Positions 55,729-64,000 of a DNA stretch of 64,000 nt are shown piece after piece. Under the pieces are notes generated by a model, which saw only the letters and a list, made by a program, of their open reading frames with translations, had not been told where the DNA came from and made no database searches. This DNA comes from Clostridia bacterium (GTDB lineage: Bacteria; Bacillota; Clostridia; Oscillospirales; CAG-272), in NCBI GenBank assembly GCA_017403155.1, contig JAFQOP010000014.1, positions 121,677-185,676 on the forward strand, in the 5' to 3' direction. Position numbers and translations under genes: made by a program. Within the stretch, counting starts at the first letter, position 1. Every line of letters starts with the position of its first letter.

Positions 55729-57165
55729 TTAAAGGGGAAGTACCTTGCGGCAGCTCTCCTTAACAGAGCCCTTAGCAGTGAGCATGAGGAGTGCGGAGCA
55801 GATTCTTGCACGAAGCTCGTTTACACTGATTATATCGTCTATCTCGCCGCTTGCAGCAGCAACTGCGGGGGAGGAAACGGTTTCCTTCCACTCACTGACA
55901 AACTCATCTCTGGACTTATCGGCAGTGATGTGCTCATTCCAAGCAAAGGCAACACCGCACTCAGCCGTAAGAGCGCCTATCTCGGATTTGTTTGTAGCAT
56001 AAACGAGGTCGGCGCCGAGTGCCTTGGAGCCGAGAAGAACAAAGGATGCACCGATCGCGTGACCGATTATTACAGTTACCTTGGGAACGGACGCGGTGGC
56101 ATAAGCATATGCCAGGGAGCCAAGCTCCGAGGAGAGGTAAGGATTCTCGTTTTCTTTTTCAAATATTACACCGCAGGAATCCACGAGTGTAACTATGGGA
56201 AGGGAATACGCGTTGCAGAAGCGAATAAACCTGGTAAGCTTCTTTGCCACAGAAACGGTAAGTCTGCCCTCATCCTTTGAATAAGAGGTAGCGATGATAC
56301 CGCACTTAACTCCGCCTACGGTCGCAAGAACGGTAGATGCTGCAGGCTCATAGTCATGGGAGAGCTCGTAGAAAAGACCGTTATCCGTAATTACGGAGAT
56401 AGCCGAGAGAGCCTCTCCTGCAAAATCGAGGTCTCCGAGCTTTCTGTTCAGGTTGTCTGCGCATTCGTTAACAGCAATTCCTCTGGTATTGTTGTCGGGT
56501 AGGAAGGAAATGAGACTTCTGATATAGCCTGCGCAGGAGGGAGCCTCAGCGGTATATGCCACAATAGCATCCTGCGCGTTCTCCTTGCCGGTAAAGGCAG
56601 GGGAGTTTACGTAAAGGCTTGCATTTTTTTCCTTTATAATTATGTCAAACATTGCCGCGATAGAAGCAGCAAGACCTATGCACTTTCCGCCAACATACGC
56701 AATCTGCGGAACGGCACCCGATGCCTTTGCAACAGAGCTCATGATTCTTCCGTATGCCGCAAGGCCGGCAGTGCCTGCAAAGATGTCGGTTCCGTTGGAG
56801 TTAAAAATTCCAATCACGGGAGCACCGCTCTTCATAGCGAGGTCGTAGAGGTCTGCAATCTTCTTTGCATGACGCTCGTCGATAACTCCGTTCATTCTCG
56901 TTGCATCCTCACAGAATGCAAAGCAAAGCTTGCCGTCAATAGCGCCGTATCCGGTGATTACACCCTCGAACTCATTTGCACTCTCAGTTGTGTAGAAGTC
57001 AGTGATGGCACGCTTGGTGTATGCGCTGGTTTCAACAAAGGTATCCTGATCAAAGAGCATTGCAAGCTGCATCCTTGCCTCGGTACCTTCACCCGCTAAT
57101 ATTGAAGCACGAAGCTCTTCAACGGTAGGCAGGTGGCAGATGTCAGTTTTAGTATATTTATCCAA
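55729..57165 (-). CDS. Acyl-CoA carboxyltransferase (MmdA / PccB / transcarboxylase 12S family)
   Basis: 478 aa, two crotonase-fold halves (GAIDGKLCFAFCEDATRMNG, GGKCIGLAA, ...GHAIGASFV). TTG start; the in-frame TAA 33 nt upstream prevents extension. Confidence 0.8.
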   Translation of the reverse strand: MDKYTKTDICHLPTVEELRASILAGEGTEARMQLAMLFDQDTFVETSAYTKRAITDFYTTESANEFEGVITGYGAIDGKLCFAFCEDATRMNGVIDERHAKKIADLYDLAMKSGAPVIGIFNSNGTDIFAGTAGLAAYGRIMSSVAKASGAVPQIAYVGGKCIGLAASIAAMFDIIIKEKNASLYVNSPAFTGKENAQDAIVAYTAEAPSCAGYIRSLISFLPDNNTRGIAVNECADNLNRKLGDLDFAGEALSAISVITDNGLFYELSHDYEPAASTVLATVGGVKCGIIATSYSKDEGRLTVSVAKKLTRFIRFCNAYSLPIVTLVDSCGVIFEKENENPYLSSELGSLAYAYATASVPKVTVIIGHAIGASFVLLGSKALGADLVYATNKSEIGALTAECGVAFAWNEHITADKSRDEFVSEWKETVSSPAVAAASGEIDDIISVNELRARICSALLMLTAKGSVKESCRKVLPL

Positions 57166-57270
57166 ACTGAATTCCCGATTTGCTTATAGCAAATCTCTCC
57201 TTCCTTTTTAATAACTTGTTAGCAGGGAAAAGGGGACCGCATTAAATTTAGTCCAACTTTCACCAAATAT

Positions 57271-57299
57271 AATATACCATCAAATCGAAAATAAGTCAA
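57271..57299 (-). promoter_or_regulatory. Candidate sigma-A promoter for the decarboxylase operon
   Basis: On the minus strand: TTGACT (57299-57294), 17 nt spacer, TATATT (57276-57271). Confidence 0.4.
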
Positions 57300-57586
57300 T
57301 AGTAAATTATACTTTTATATATCATTATTTTACGCCTTCTTTATCAACGATTTTTTTGAAATTATTCATTAAGGGAATATGGCTTTTTAAAATTTATCAC
57401 ATATCCTTATTACCATTTCTGCCTCGAAATAATTATCGCTTTTATAATGAAAATGATAATTAAAATGCATTTCTTTTTTTCGCTCATAGGTACTCGGTTA
57501 ATTATAAAATCCTGGATGATTAAAGAGTAGAGAAAAACGTTTTTTTCTAAAATAATTTAATAAAAATCTTTTTTTATAAAAAAGGA

Positions 57587-57615
57587 TTGAATTTTAACTA
57601 TAGGTGTGCTATACT
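57587..57615 (+). promoter_or_regulatory. Candidate sigma-A promoter for cdaA
   Basis: TTGAAT (57587-57592), 17 nt spacer, TATACT (57610-57615). Confidence 0.45.
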
Positions 57616-57662
57616 AAAATATATAAATATATTTTTGTAACTTTCCGTGAGGTATACTATAC

Positions 57663-58532
57663 ATGCATCCTGATTCACTTACACAGACCGGGAGCACCGA
57701 CTTTTTTTTCAAGCTCGGTGAGGCTCTCAGGGTCTTTCTGGATAATCCGATAATACATTTACTCGATATACTCATCCTCGCCTGCGTTCTTTTTGTTGCA
57801 GTGCGCTTTATACGCGGAAGAAAGGCGGGCGTTCTTCTCATTGGCATATCCGTTCTTCTTCTCATAATGGGAATTGCACATCTGTGTGGCTTCTCCGCCA
57901 CAAAGATGGTATTCGCCCAGTTCTTCAGCGTTGGAATTGTTGCACTTGTTATAATATTCCACCCTGAAATCAGAGAAGCACTTGAGCGCGTAGGAAACGG
58001 CTCAATCAGCGGTATAATGAGCTTCGGTGATCAGAGAAAGAAGCAGGAGCAGTATACAAAGATAATTGAGGACGTCTCCGTCGCAGTCGGCGAGCTCTCC
58101 AGCACAAAGACTGGTGCGCTCATAGTTATTGCAAGGACTATAAACCTTGACGAGGTTACAAACACGGGCGTAAAACTCAACTCCGAGGTTTCCTCCTTCC
58201 TTATACGCAATCTCTTCTTTAACAAAGCACCCCTTCATGACGGTGCTATCATTATTGATGACGGAAGAATTGCTGCTGCAGGCTGTCTGCTCCCGCTCAC
58301 AAGGCGCACAGACCTTGACAGCGACGTCGGCACAAGGCACCGAGCCGCAGTGGGTATGAGCGAGGTGAGTGACGCAATAATCGTAGTCGTATCTGAGGAA
58401 ACGGGAACGATTTCGGTTGCGCACGACTGCACACTCACAAGAGGCTACACCTCCGATTCTCTTAGGAAATTTCTTACAAAATCGCTTATTAAAAGACGTT
58501 ACTCCGACGCCAAGGGCGATAAGACAGAATAA
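57663..58532 (+). CDS. cdaA: Diadenylate cyclase CdaA
   Basis: Three N-terminal TMs. DAC domain motifs TGALIVI, HDGAIII, GTRHRAAVG, VVVSEETG. Confidence 0.9.
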   Translation: MHPDSLTQTGSTDFFFKLGEALRVFLDNPIIHLLDILILACVLFVAVRFIRGRKAGVLLIGISVLLLIMGIAHLCGFSATKMVFAQFFSVGIVALVIIFHPEIREALERVGNGSISGIMSFGDQRKKQEQYTKIIEDVSVAVGELSSTKTGALIVIARTINLDEVTNTGVKLNSEVSSFLIRNLFFNKAPLHDGAIIIDDGRIAAAGCLLPLTRRTDLDSDVGTRHRAAVGMSEVSDAIIVVVSEETGTISVAHDCTLTRGYTSDSLRKFLTKSLIKRRYSDAKGDKTE

Positions 58533-58549
58533 TTTTTAACGGTGATGAA

Positions 58550-58660
58550 ATGAAGAAAAAGCTTTTCGGCATTAAAATCGGTACTATAATACAGTTTGCT
58601 TTTTGTCTTGTGCTTGCTTTTGCAATCTGGCTTTTTGTCCAGTACAACGCTTTAACTTAA
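58550..58660 (+). CDS. 36-codon ORF resembling only the N-terminal membrane anchor of CdaR (YbbR)
   Basis: MKKKLFGIKIGTIIQFAFCLVLAFAIWLFVQYNALT. Located 17 nt after cdaA, where cdaR normally lies, with a weak SD GGTGA. No YbbR repeats follow. Confidence 0.35.
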   Translation: MKKKLFGIKIGTIIQFAFCLVLAFAIWLFVQYNALT

Positions 58661-58705
58661 ATATTTTTTCGCGCGGTGCTTCTTGCCCCGTGCATTGAGG
58701 TTTAA

Positions 58706-60325
58706 ATGAGTTCAAACACTCGGATTTTAATACTAAATAATATTAAACTTCCACTAAACGCCTCCCCAAAAGAGGCGTTTTCTCTTGCTAAAGCGCGTCT
58801 TACCTCCATCGGAATAAGCGCACGCGAGCTGAAGCTATCAATATACAAAAAGAGCATAGATGCACGCAAGAAGAGCGATATAAAGCTTGTATATTCTATC
58901 TCCGCTGCAGGAGAAATACCTAATCTCAGCGACAGCATGCTGGCAAGAATCAGCGCCACACTTCTCCGCAGCGAGAATTTGTTTGATTTTGACACGGGCA
59001 CAGAAGAGCTGGGAGCACCACCTCTTGTTGTAGGCTCGGGTCCCTGCGGACTTTTCGCTGCACTTATGCTTGCTGAGCGCGGCTACAGACCTATTCTTAT
59101 AGAGCGCGGCGGAAGCATTGCCGACAGGCGCGCTGCCGTCGATACGTTCAAGAGGCTCGGTATTCTCGACCCTGATACGAATATACAGTTCGGTGCAGGA
59201 GGCGCGGGCACCTTTTCAGACGGTAAGCTCGTCACCAGAGTCAACGATCCGCTCACGAGCTATATTCTCAAGAAATTCGTTGAGTTCGGTGCTCCCGAGG
59301 AGATACTTTATCTTGCCAAGCCGCACGTCGGAACCGATATTCTCTCTGAAATTATCGATAAAATGCTCAAAAGGCTCGAGGAGCTTGGCGCACAGGTGCG
59401 CTACAACACAAAATATCTCTCATCCTACAAGCTGACAGATAAGAGTGTAGCAAGAACAACCGCAGGTGATATTGAATACGGTGCGCTTATATTGGCAATA
59501 GGACACAGCGCTCGCGATACGTATGAGTCTCTTCTATCCTCCGGCTATGCCATTGAGCCGAAGCAAATATCCGTCGGAATGCGAATAGAGCACAAGGCGG
59601 CAGATATCGACAGAGCAATGTTCGGAGAGCAGGCAGGGCACCCATCTTTGGCACACGCAGAATACAATCTATCCACAAATACTAAAAAACGAGGCGTATA
59701 TACCTTTTGTATGTGCCCGGGTGGCGAGGTCGTTGCGGCTGCAAGCGAGGAGGGCGGTGTTGTAGTAAACGGCATGAGTCAGCACGCCCGAAGCGGTGAA
59801 AATTCAAACTGTGCCGTCGTATGCTCCGTGTTCAAGGAGGACTACGGCGCATCGCCTTACCGGGCGATTGCGTTCCAAAGAGAAATAGAAAAGAATGCAT
59901 ATTTAGCGGGAGGCGCTGATTATTCAGCCCCTGTAATTACTGTAGGCGATTTTCTTTCGGATAGCTGCAAAAGGGAACCGTATTACGTTATGCCGACGTA
60001 TAGGGACGGAAATCACGTAAAGCTGGCATCCCCCTCGGAATATCTGCCGAGCTTTGTAACAAAAGAAATAAAAAATGCCCTTCTGGATTTCAACAAAAAA
60101 ATCGAGGGCTTTGCAGCAGACGGCGCTGTTCTTACAGGCGCCGAAACCAGAACAAGCGCGCCCATCCGAATATTAAGAGACGAAAGCACGCGAGTAGCCG
60201 TAGGACGTAACAACGTTTATCCTGCAGGTGAAGGCGCAGGCTATGCGGGCGGTATTACAAGCGCAGCGATAGACGGCATCAGGACTGCTATCGCAATTAT
60301 GAAACGATTTAAGCCAAACGGGTGA
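58706..60325 (+). CDS. FAD-dependent oxidoreductase (COG2509-like)
   Basis: Dinucleotide-binding VVGSGPCGLFAAL...ERG. 539 aa. C-terminal GEGAGYAGGI motif. Confidence 0.75.
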   Translation: MSSNTRILILNNIKLPLNASPKEAFSLAKARLTSIGISARELKLSIYKKSIDARKKSDIKLVYSISAAGEIPNLSDSMLARISATLLRSENLFDFDTGTEELGAPPLVVGSGPCGLFAALMLAERGYRPILIERGGSIADRRAAVDTFKRLGILDPDTNIQFGAGGAGTFSDGKLVTRVNDPLTSYILKKFVEFGAPEEILYLAKPHVGTDILSEIIDKMLKRLEELGAQVRYNTKYLSSYKLTDKSVARTTAGDIEYGALILAIGHSARDTYESLLSSGYAIEPKQISVGMRIEHKAADIDRAMFGEQAGHPSLAHAEYNLSTNTKKRGVYTFCMCPGGEVVAAASEEGGVVVNGMSQHARSGENSNCAVVCSVFKEDYGASPYRAIAFQREIEKNAYLAGGADYSAPVITVGDFLSDSCKREPYYVMPTYRDGNHVKLASPSEYLPSFVTKEIKNALLDFNKKIEGFAADGAVLTGAETRTSAPIRILRDESTRVAVGRNNVYPAGEGAGYAGGITSAAIDGIRTAIAIMKRFKPNG

Positions 60326-60425
60326 AACCAAGACCGTAACAAATTCGGGGCAAGCATGTCTTGCCCCCACCGAAGATGATAATAAAATGGAAGGCGGGCG
60401 AAAGCCCAACCGGTTAATAATAAAA

Positions 60426-62618
60426 ATGACACAAAAAGGAATCAAAACAAAGGAGAAAAAGTGGATTCTCAAATCAAATGAGAGTCCGTCCGCTCTTTCA
60501 GCAAAAGAGCGCATTGCCTCAACCCTGAGGATAAATCCCATCATTGCCGAGCTTCTCTACAATCGCGGCTACACCGACCCTAAGGCTGCAAAAACCTTTC
60601 TCTACATGGAGAGCGAGATTCTCTCGAATCCCTTTGAGATGAAGGATATGAAAAAGGGTGTCGATCGCGTGAAGAGGGCTATTCAGAACAAAGAAAAAAT
60701 TACAATCTACGGAGATTATGACGTAGACGGAGTCACAAGCGTGTGCACTCTATATCTTTATCTGAAGTCCAAGGGTGCAACCGTTGACTACTACATCCCG
60801 AACCGAGCAGGCGACGGCTACGGTGTCTCTACTCAGGCGATTGATATGCTGAAGGCGCAGGGCACAAGCCTTATAATTACGGTCGACACGGGCATTACTG
60901 CTATTGAGGAGGTTGAATATTCCAACAGCATCGGCGTAGATTTCCTCATCACCGACCACCATGAATGCCGCGAGAAGCTTCCGAATGCATGCGCCATAAT
61001 CAATCCACACAGACCCGATTGCCGCTATCCCTTCAAGGAGCTGGCAGGCGTCGGAGTCGTATTCAAGTTTATAAGTGCATATGAGGAGCGCCACGGCTCC
61101 TGCTCGCGCATAGAAGCGGCAACCCGTATATTTGCGAGCTATGCCGACCTTGTTGCAATAGGCACGATTGCCGACGTTATGCCAATAAAGGGAGAAAACA
61201 GAATTATAGTAAGCTACGGACTGAAAATGATTGAAACCACCAACCGTCCCGGGCTTACGGCTCTTATGGATGCCGCTGCATCAAAGCCCGACGCAGCTCG
61301 TCCGGAAAGAAAGAAGCGCAGAACAAAGATTACAACAGGCTACATAGGCTACACCCTCGCCCCCAGGATAAATGCTGCAGGCAGAATACGCAGTGCAACT
61401 ATGGCTGTCGAGCTCTTCCTCGCTGAGGATAGGGAAGTGTCTGCCGAAATTGCCGAGGAGCTCTGCAAGGCAAACAAGGAACGTCAGGCAGAGGAAAACA
61501 AGATCATGATGGAGGCTTATGAGAAGATCGAGGCGCAGGAGCTTGACAAGGATACAATCATAGTTCTTGATGCTGACGGATGGCATCACGGTGTTATCGG
61601 TATAGTTGCATCCCGTATAACCGAGAAGTATTCCCGTCCGACGATTCTTGTTTCCTTCGAGAAGGAGGGAGACGAAATAAGCGACGATGACGTCGGCAAG
61701 GGCTCGGGCAGAAGCATTAAGGGGCTCAACCTTGTTGATGCGCTCTTCCACTGCTCCGATTATCTTGTAAAATTCGGCGGACACGAGCTTGCCGCAGGTC
61801 TTTCCGTCACAAGGAAAAATCTCCCCATATTCAGACGGATGATAAACGAATATGCCAACAGCAATCTTTCCGATGAGGATATGATATCAACGCTTGAGGC
61901 GGATTGCAGCGTAGAGCTCGGTGAGGTAAATCTCAACCTTGCAGAGCAGCTTCAGATACTAGAGCCCTTCGGCGTAGGCAACCCCGTGCCAAACTTTGTT
62001 ATGTACGGCTTGACGGTCAACGAAATTTCTCCCGTCAGTGACGGCAAGCACACCCGTTTTTCATTCGGCGACGGAAAGCACTCCCTCTCTGCAATGTTCT
62101 TCTCCAACTCTCCTGCCTCATTAGGCATATACAACGGCGACAGAGTGGATATTATATTCAACATTGACATCAATGAGTGGATGGGACGCAGGTCCGTCCA
62201 GCTTATAATAAAGGATGTCCGTCCCTCGGAGAAGCAGGATGAAATCAATGCCACCGAGGAGGCAGAATTTATCCGTATATGGAACGGCGGACAGTTTACC
62301 AAGGAGGACGGCTATCTTCCCGACAGAGAGGACTTTGCCCAGGTTTATCGCTATATTGTCAGCTGCATCCGCGGCGGAAACGATACACTGGCACACAGAG
62401 ATATGATATTCGGACTCGCTCGTGTTCACGACGCAAGGCAGATTGGCTACGTAAAGCTCAAGGTCATCATAAAGGTGTTTATTGAGCTTAATCTTGTCGG
62501 TATAGAGGAGCTTGAAAACGAAGTGTATCGCTTCCGCGTCCATTACAGCACCTCTAAGGCTGACCTTGAAAAATCAACTCTTTTGAGAAGAATCAAGGGA
62601 CAGCTCACAGTAAAATAA
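60426..62618 (+). CDS. recJ: Single-stranded-DNA-specific exonuclease RecJ
   Basis: DHH motifs (YGDYDVDGVTS, ITVDTG, ITDHH) and DHHA1 (GGHELAAG). recJ-relA synteny. The start (60426 vs 60387) is uncertain. Confidence 0.9.
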   Translation: MTQKGIKTKEKKWILKSNESPSALSAKERIASTLRINPIIAELLYNRGYTDPKAAKTFLYMESEILSNPFEMKDMKKGVDRVKRAIQNKEKITIYGDYDVDGVTSVCTLYLYLKSKGATVDYYIPNRAGDGYGVSTQAIDMLKAQGTSLIITVDTGITAIEEVEYSNSIGVDFLITDHHECREKLPNACAIINPHRPDCRYPFKELAGVGVVFKFISAYEERHGSCSRIEAATRIFASYADLVAIGTIADVMPIKGENRIIVSYGLKMIETTNRPGLTALMDAAASKPDAARPERKKRRTKITTGYIGYTLAPRINAAGRIRSATMAVELFLAEDREVSAEIAEELCKANKERQAEENKIMMEAYEKIEAQELDKDTIIVLDADGWHHGVIGIVASRITEKYSRPTILVSFEKEGDEISDDDVGKGSGRSIKGLNLVDALFHCSDYLVKFGGHELAAGLSVTRKNLPIFRRMINEYANSNLSDEDMISTLEADCSVELGEVNLNLAEQLQILEPFGVGNPVPNFVMYGLTVNEISPVSDGKHTRFSFGDGKHSLSAMFFSNSPASLGIYNGDRVDIIFNIDINEWMGRRSVQLIIKDVRPSEKQDEINATEEAEFIRIWNGGQFTKEDGYLPDREDFAQVYRYIVSCIRGGNDTLAHRDMIFGLARVHDARQIGYVKLKVIIKVFIELNLVGIEELENEVYRFRVHYSTSKADLEKSTLLRRIKGQLTVK

Positions 62619-62632
62619 ATTGCGAGATTATT

Positions 62633-64000
62633 ATGTATAAAGAATTACAACCGTTGCTCGACGTAATCGAGAATAACGACAGAACCTACGACTTTGACAA
62701 AATTAAAGAGGCATTTCTGTATGCAGAGCAGCTCCATGCGGGGCAGTTTCGCCTCAGCGGCGAGCCTTACATCTGCCATCCCGTTGCAGTTGCAACGATA
62801 GTTGCCGAGCTCGGTCTGGATACCGACTCTATATGTGCGGCTCTGTTGCACGACACGGTTGAGGATTGCGCTGAAAAAACGAGCCTCGAGGTGCTTACCA
62901 AAATGTTCGGCACCGACGTCGCCATGCTTGTCGACGGCTTAACCAAAATAATCCAGGTGCAGGTCGCAGACAAGGAGGAGGCACATATCGAGAACATCCG
63001 TAAGATGCTTCTCGCTATGAACAGAGATATCCGTGTCATCTTTATCAAGCTTTGCGACAGACTTCATAATATGCGTACCCTCGGTGCCAAGAGGGAGGAG
63101 CGTCAGCGCGCCATTGCGCTTGAAACGATGTATATCTATGCGCCCCTTGCTCACCGTCTCGGTATCCAGAAGATTAAGCAGGAGCTTGAAAACATAAGCC
63201 TATATTATCTTGACAGAGTTGGCTATGACGAGGTGCAGAGCTCTATTGAACGCAAGTACGGTCAGAGCAGAGATTTCCTTCATGAGGCAAAAAAGATTAT
63301 CAATGACAAGCTGACGGAAAATAACATCAGCTTCTATCTTGAGGGCAGAATCAAATCGGTTTACAGCCTCTACCGCAAGATGTACGTTTTCAACAAGGAG
63401 TTTGACGAAATATACGACTTCTACGCCCTTCGCATCATCGTTGACACAGAGCTTGAGTGCTATACGGCGCTCGGTCTTGTTCACGAGCTTTTTAAGTCTG
63501 TGCCGGGCAGATTCAAGGACTACATCTCAACTCCCAAGCCTAACCTTTACCGCTCTCTTCATACTACCGTAATAGGCAGAAGCGGTATCCCCTTTGAAAT
63601 CCAGATAAGAACCAGACTTATGCACCAGGAGGCTGAGTACGGTATCGCCGCACACTGGAAGTATAAGTCGGGCGAGCGCGCGGATTCAAGCATTGACGAA
63701 AAGCTGATGTGGATATCCAAGCTCCTCGAGTCAGATGACAACACTCGCGACCCCGATGAGTTCATGCGTTCCTTTAAAACAGATATATTCCACGACGAAA
63801 CCTTTGTATTTACACCAAAGGGTGATGTCATATCCCTTCCTCTCGGTGCAACTGTAATAGACTTTGCCTACGCGATTCATTCAGCTGTCGGCAACAAGAT
63901 GATGGGCGCCAAGGTAAACGGTGTTATCGTACCCATTGACAAAATACCGCAAAACGGTGATATAATTGAGATAATTACCTCCTCGTCCTCCAAAGGTCCC
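62633..64000 (+). CDS. relA: Bifunctional (p)ppGpp synthetase/hydrolase RelA/SpoT (5' partial; continues beyond the window)
   Basis: My translation from ATG 62633: HD domain (GEPYICHPVAVA, LLHDTVED) and synthetase domain (YRSLHTTV...FEIQIRT...AAHWKYK). The reading frame is open to position 64000. Confidence 0.9.
   Translation, partial: MYKELQPLLDVIENNDRTYDFDKIKEAFLYAEQLHAGQFRLSGEPYICHPVAVATIVAELGLDTDSICAALLHDTVEDCAEKTSLEVLTKMFGTDVAMLVDGLTKIIQVQVADKEEAHIENIRKMLLAMNRDIRVIFIKLCDRLHNMRTLGAKREERQRAIALETMYIYAPLAHRLGIQKIKQELENISLYYLDRVGYDEVQSSIERKYGQSRDFLHEAKKIINDKLTENNISFYLEGRIKSVYSLYRKMYVFNKEFDEIYDFYALRIIVDTELECYTALGLVHELFKSVPGRFKDYISTPKPNLYRSLHTTVIGRSGIPFEIQIRTRLMHQEAEYGIAAHWKYKSGERADSSIDEKLMWISKLLESDDNTRDPDEFMRSFKTDIFHDETFVFTPKGDVISLPLGATVIDFAYAIHSAVGNKMMGAKVNGVIVPIDKIPQNGDIIEIITSSSSKGP

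Noticed and set aside
57447-57530. 27-aa ORF (MKMIIKMHFFFSLIGTRLIIKSWMIKE) in the AT-rich gap
   Set aside because: There is no SD. The composition simply reflects AT-rich DNA, and nothing suggests it is translated.
1-64000. Search by eye for CRISPR arrays, IS or transposase genes, integrases, phage genes, toxin-antitoxin pairs, and tRNA/rRNA genes
   Set aside because: I found no direct-repeat arrays, no terminal inverted repeats flanking ORFs, and no recombinase or defence-type motifs. The window appears to be core chromosome.

Overview
The window reads as core chromosome of an anaerobic, sporulation-gene-bearing Firmicute. Gene content suggests a Clostridia / Ruminococcus-like organism, but that is only a guess. 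About 54 protein-coding genes are densely packed. I found no rRNA, tRNA, CRISPR array, IS element, integrase or prophage signature. Gene content by region: (1) 4-9045: Mrp, spoIIGA-sigE, rpmE, hflX, yigZ, dnaG-rpoD and a lipoprotein. (2) 9117-11278: a stand-alone Wzz / BY-kinase / PHP-phosphatase trio. (3) 11416-23972: spoVT, tmcAL, ackA, coaE, an M18 aminopeptidase, prfA, tsaC(sua5) and a lone type IIA topoisomerase A subunit. (4) 24002-25834: an orphan OmpR-type response regulator and a LysR regulator. (5) 26089-35074: an eight-gene redox/hydrogen locus (Rex, AdhE, APH-fold kinase, two mini [2Fe-2S] ferredoxins, a PAS-containing sensory-type [FeFe] hydrogenase HydS, a SpoIIE/PP2C phosphatase, a catalytic [FeFe] hydrogenase). 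(6) 35208-50809: ychF, comEC, dagK, rarA, recG, gdpP-rplI-dnaB, tilS and ftsH. (7) 50906-57165: a FliB-like Cys-rich protein, then a five-gene biotin-dependent Na+-decarboxylase operon that carries both a 12S-type and a 5S-type carboxyltransferase. (8) 57663-64000: cdaA with a 36-codon CdaR-like remnant, an FAD oxidoreductase, recJ and the 5' part of relA/spoT. The most system-like and least understood element is the putative H2-sensing kinase/phosphatase locus (about 26.0-35.1 kb). Second is the hybrid decarboxylase/transcarboxylase operon, whose membrane beta subunit has a roughly 170-aa loop expansion. Several smaller regulatory oddities are listed as findings: a spoIIG-type long-spacer promoter, a structured prfA leader, an SD-hairpin-TTG start, and palindromes at promoters. 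All calls rest on motif recognition by eye; no database search was run.
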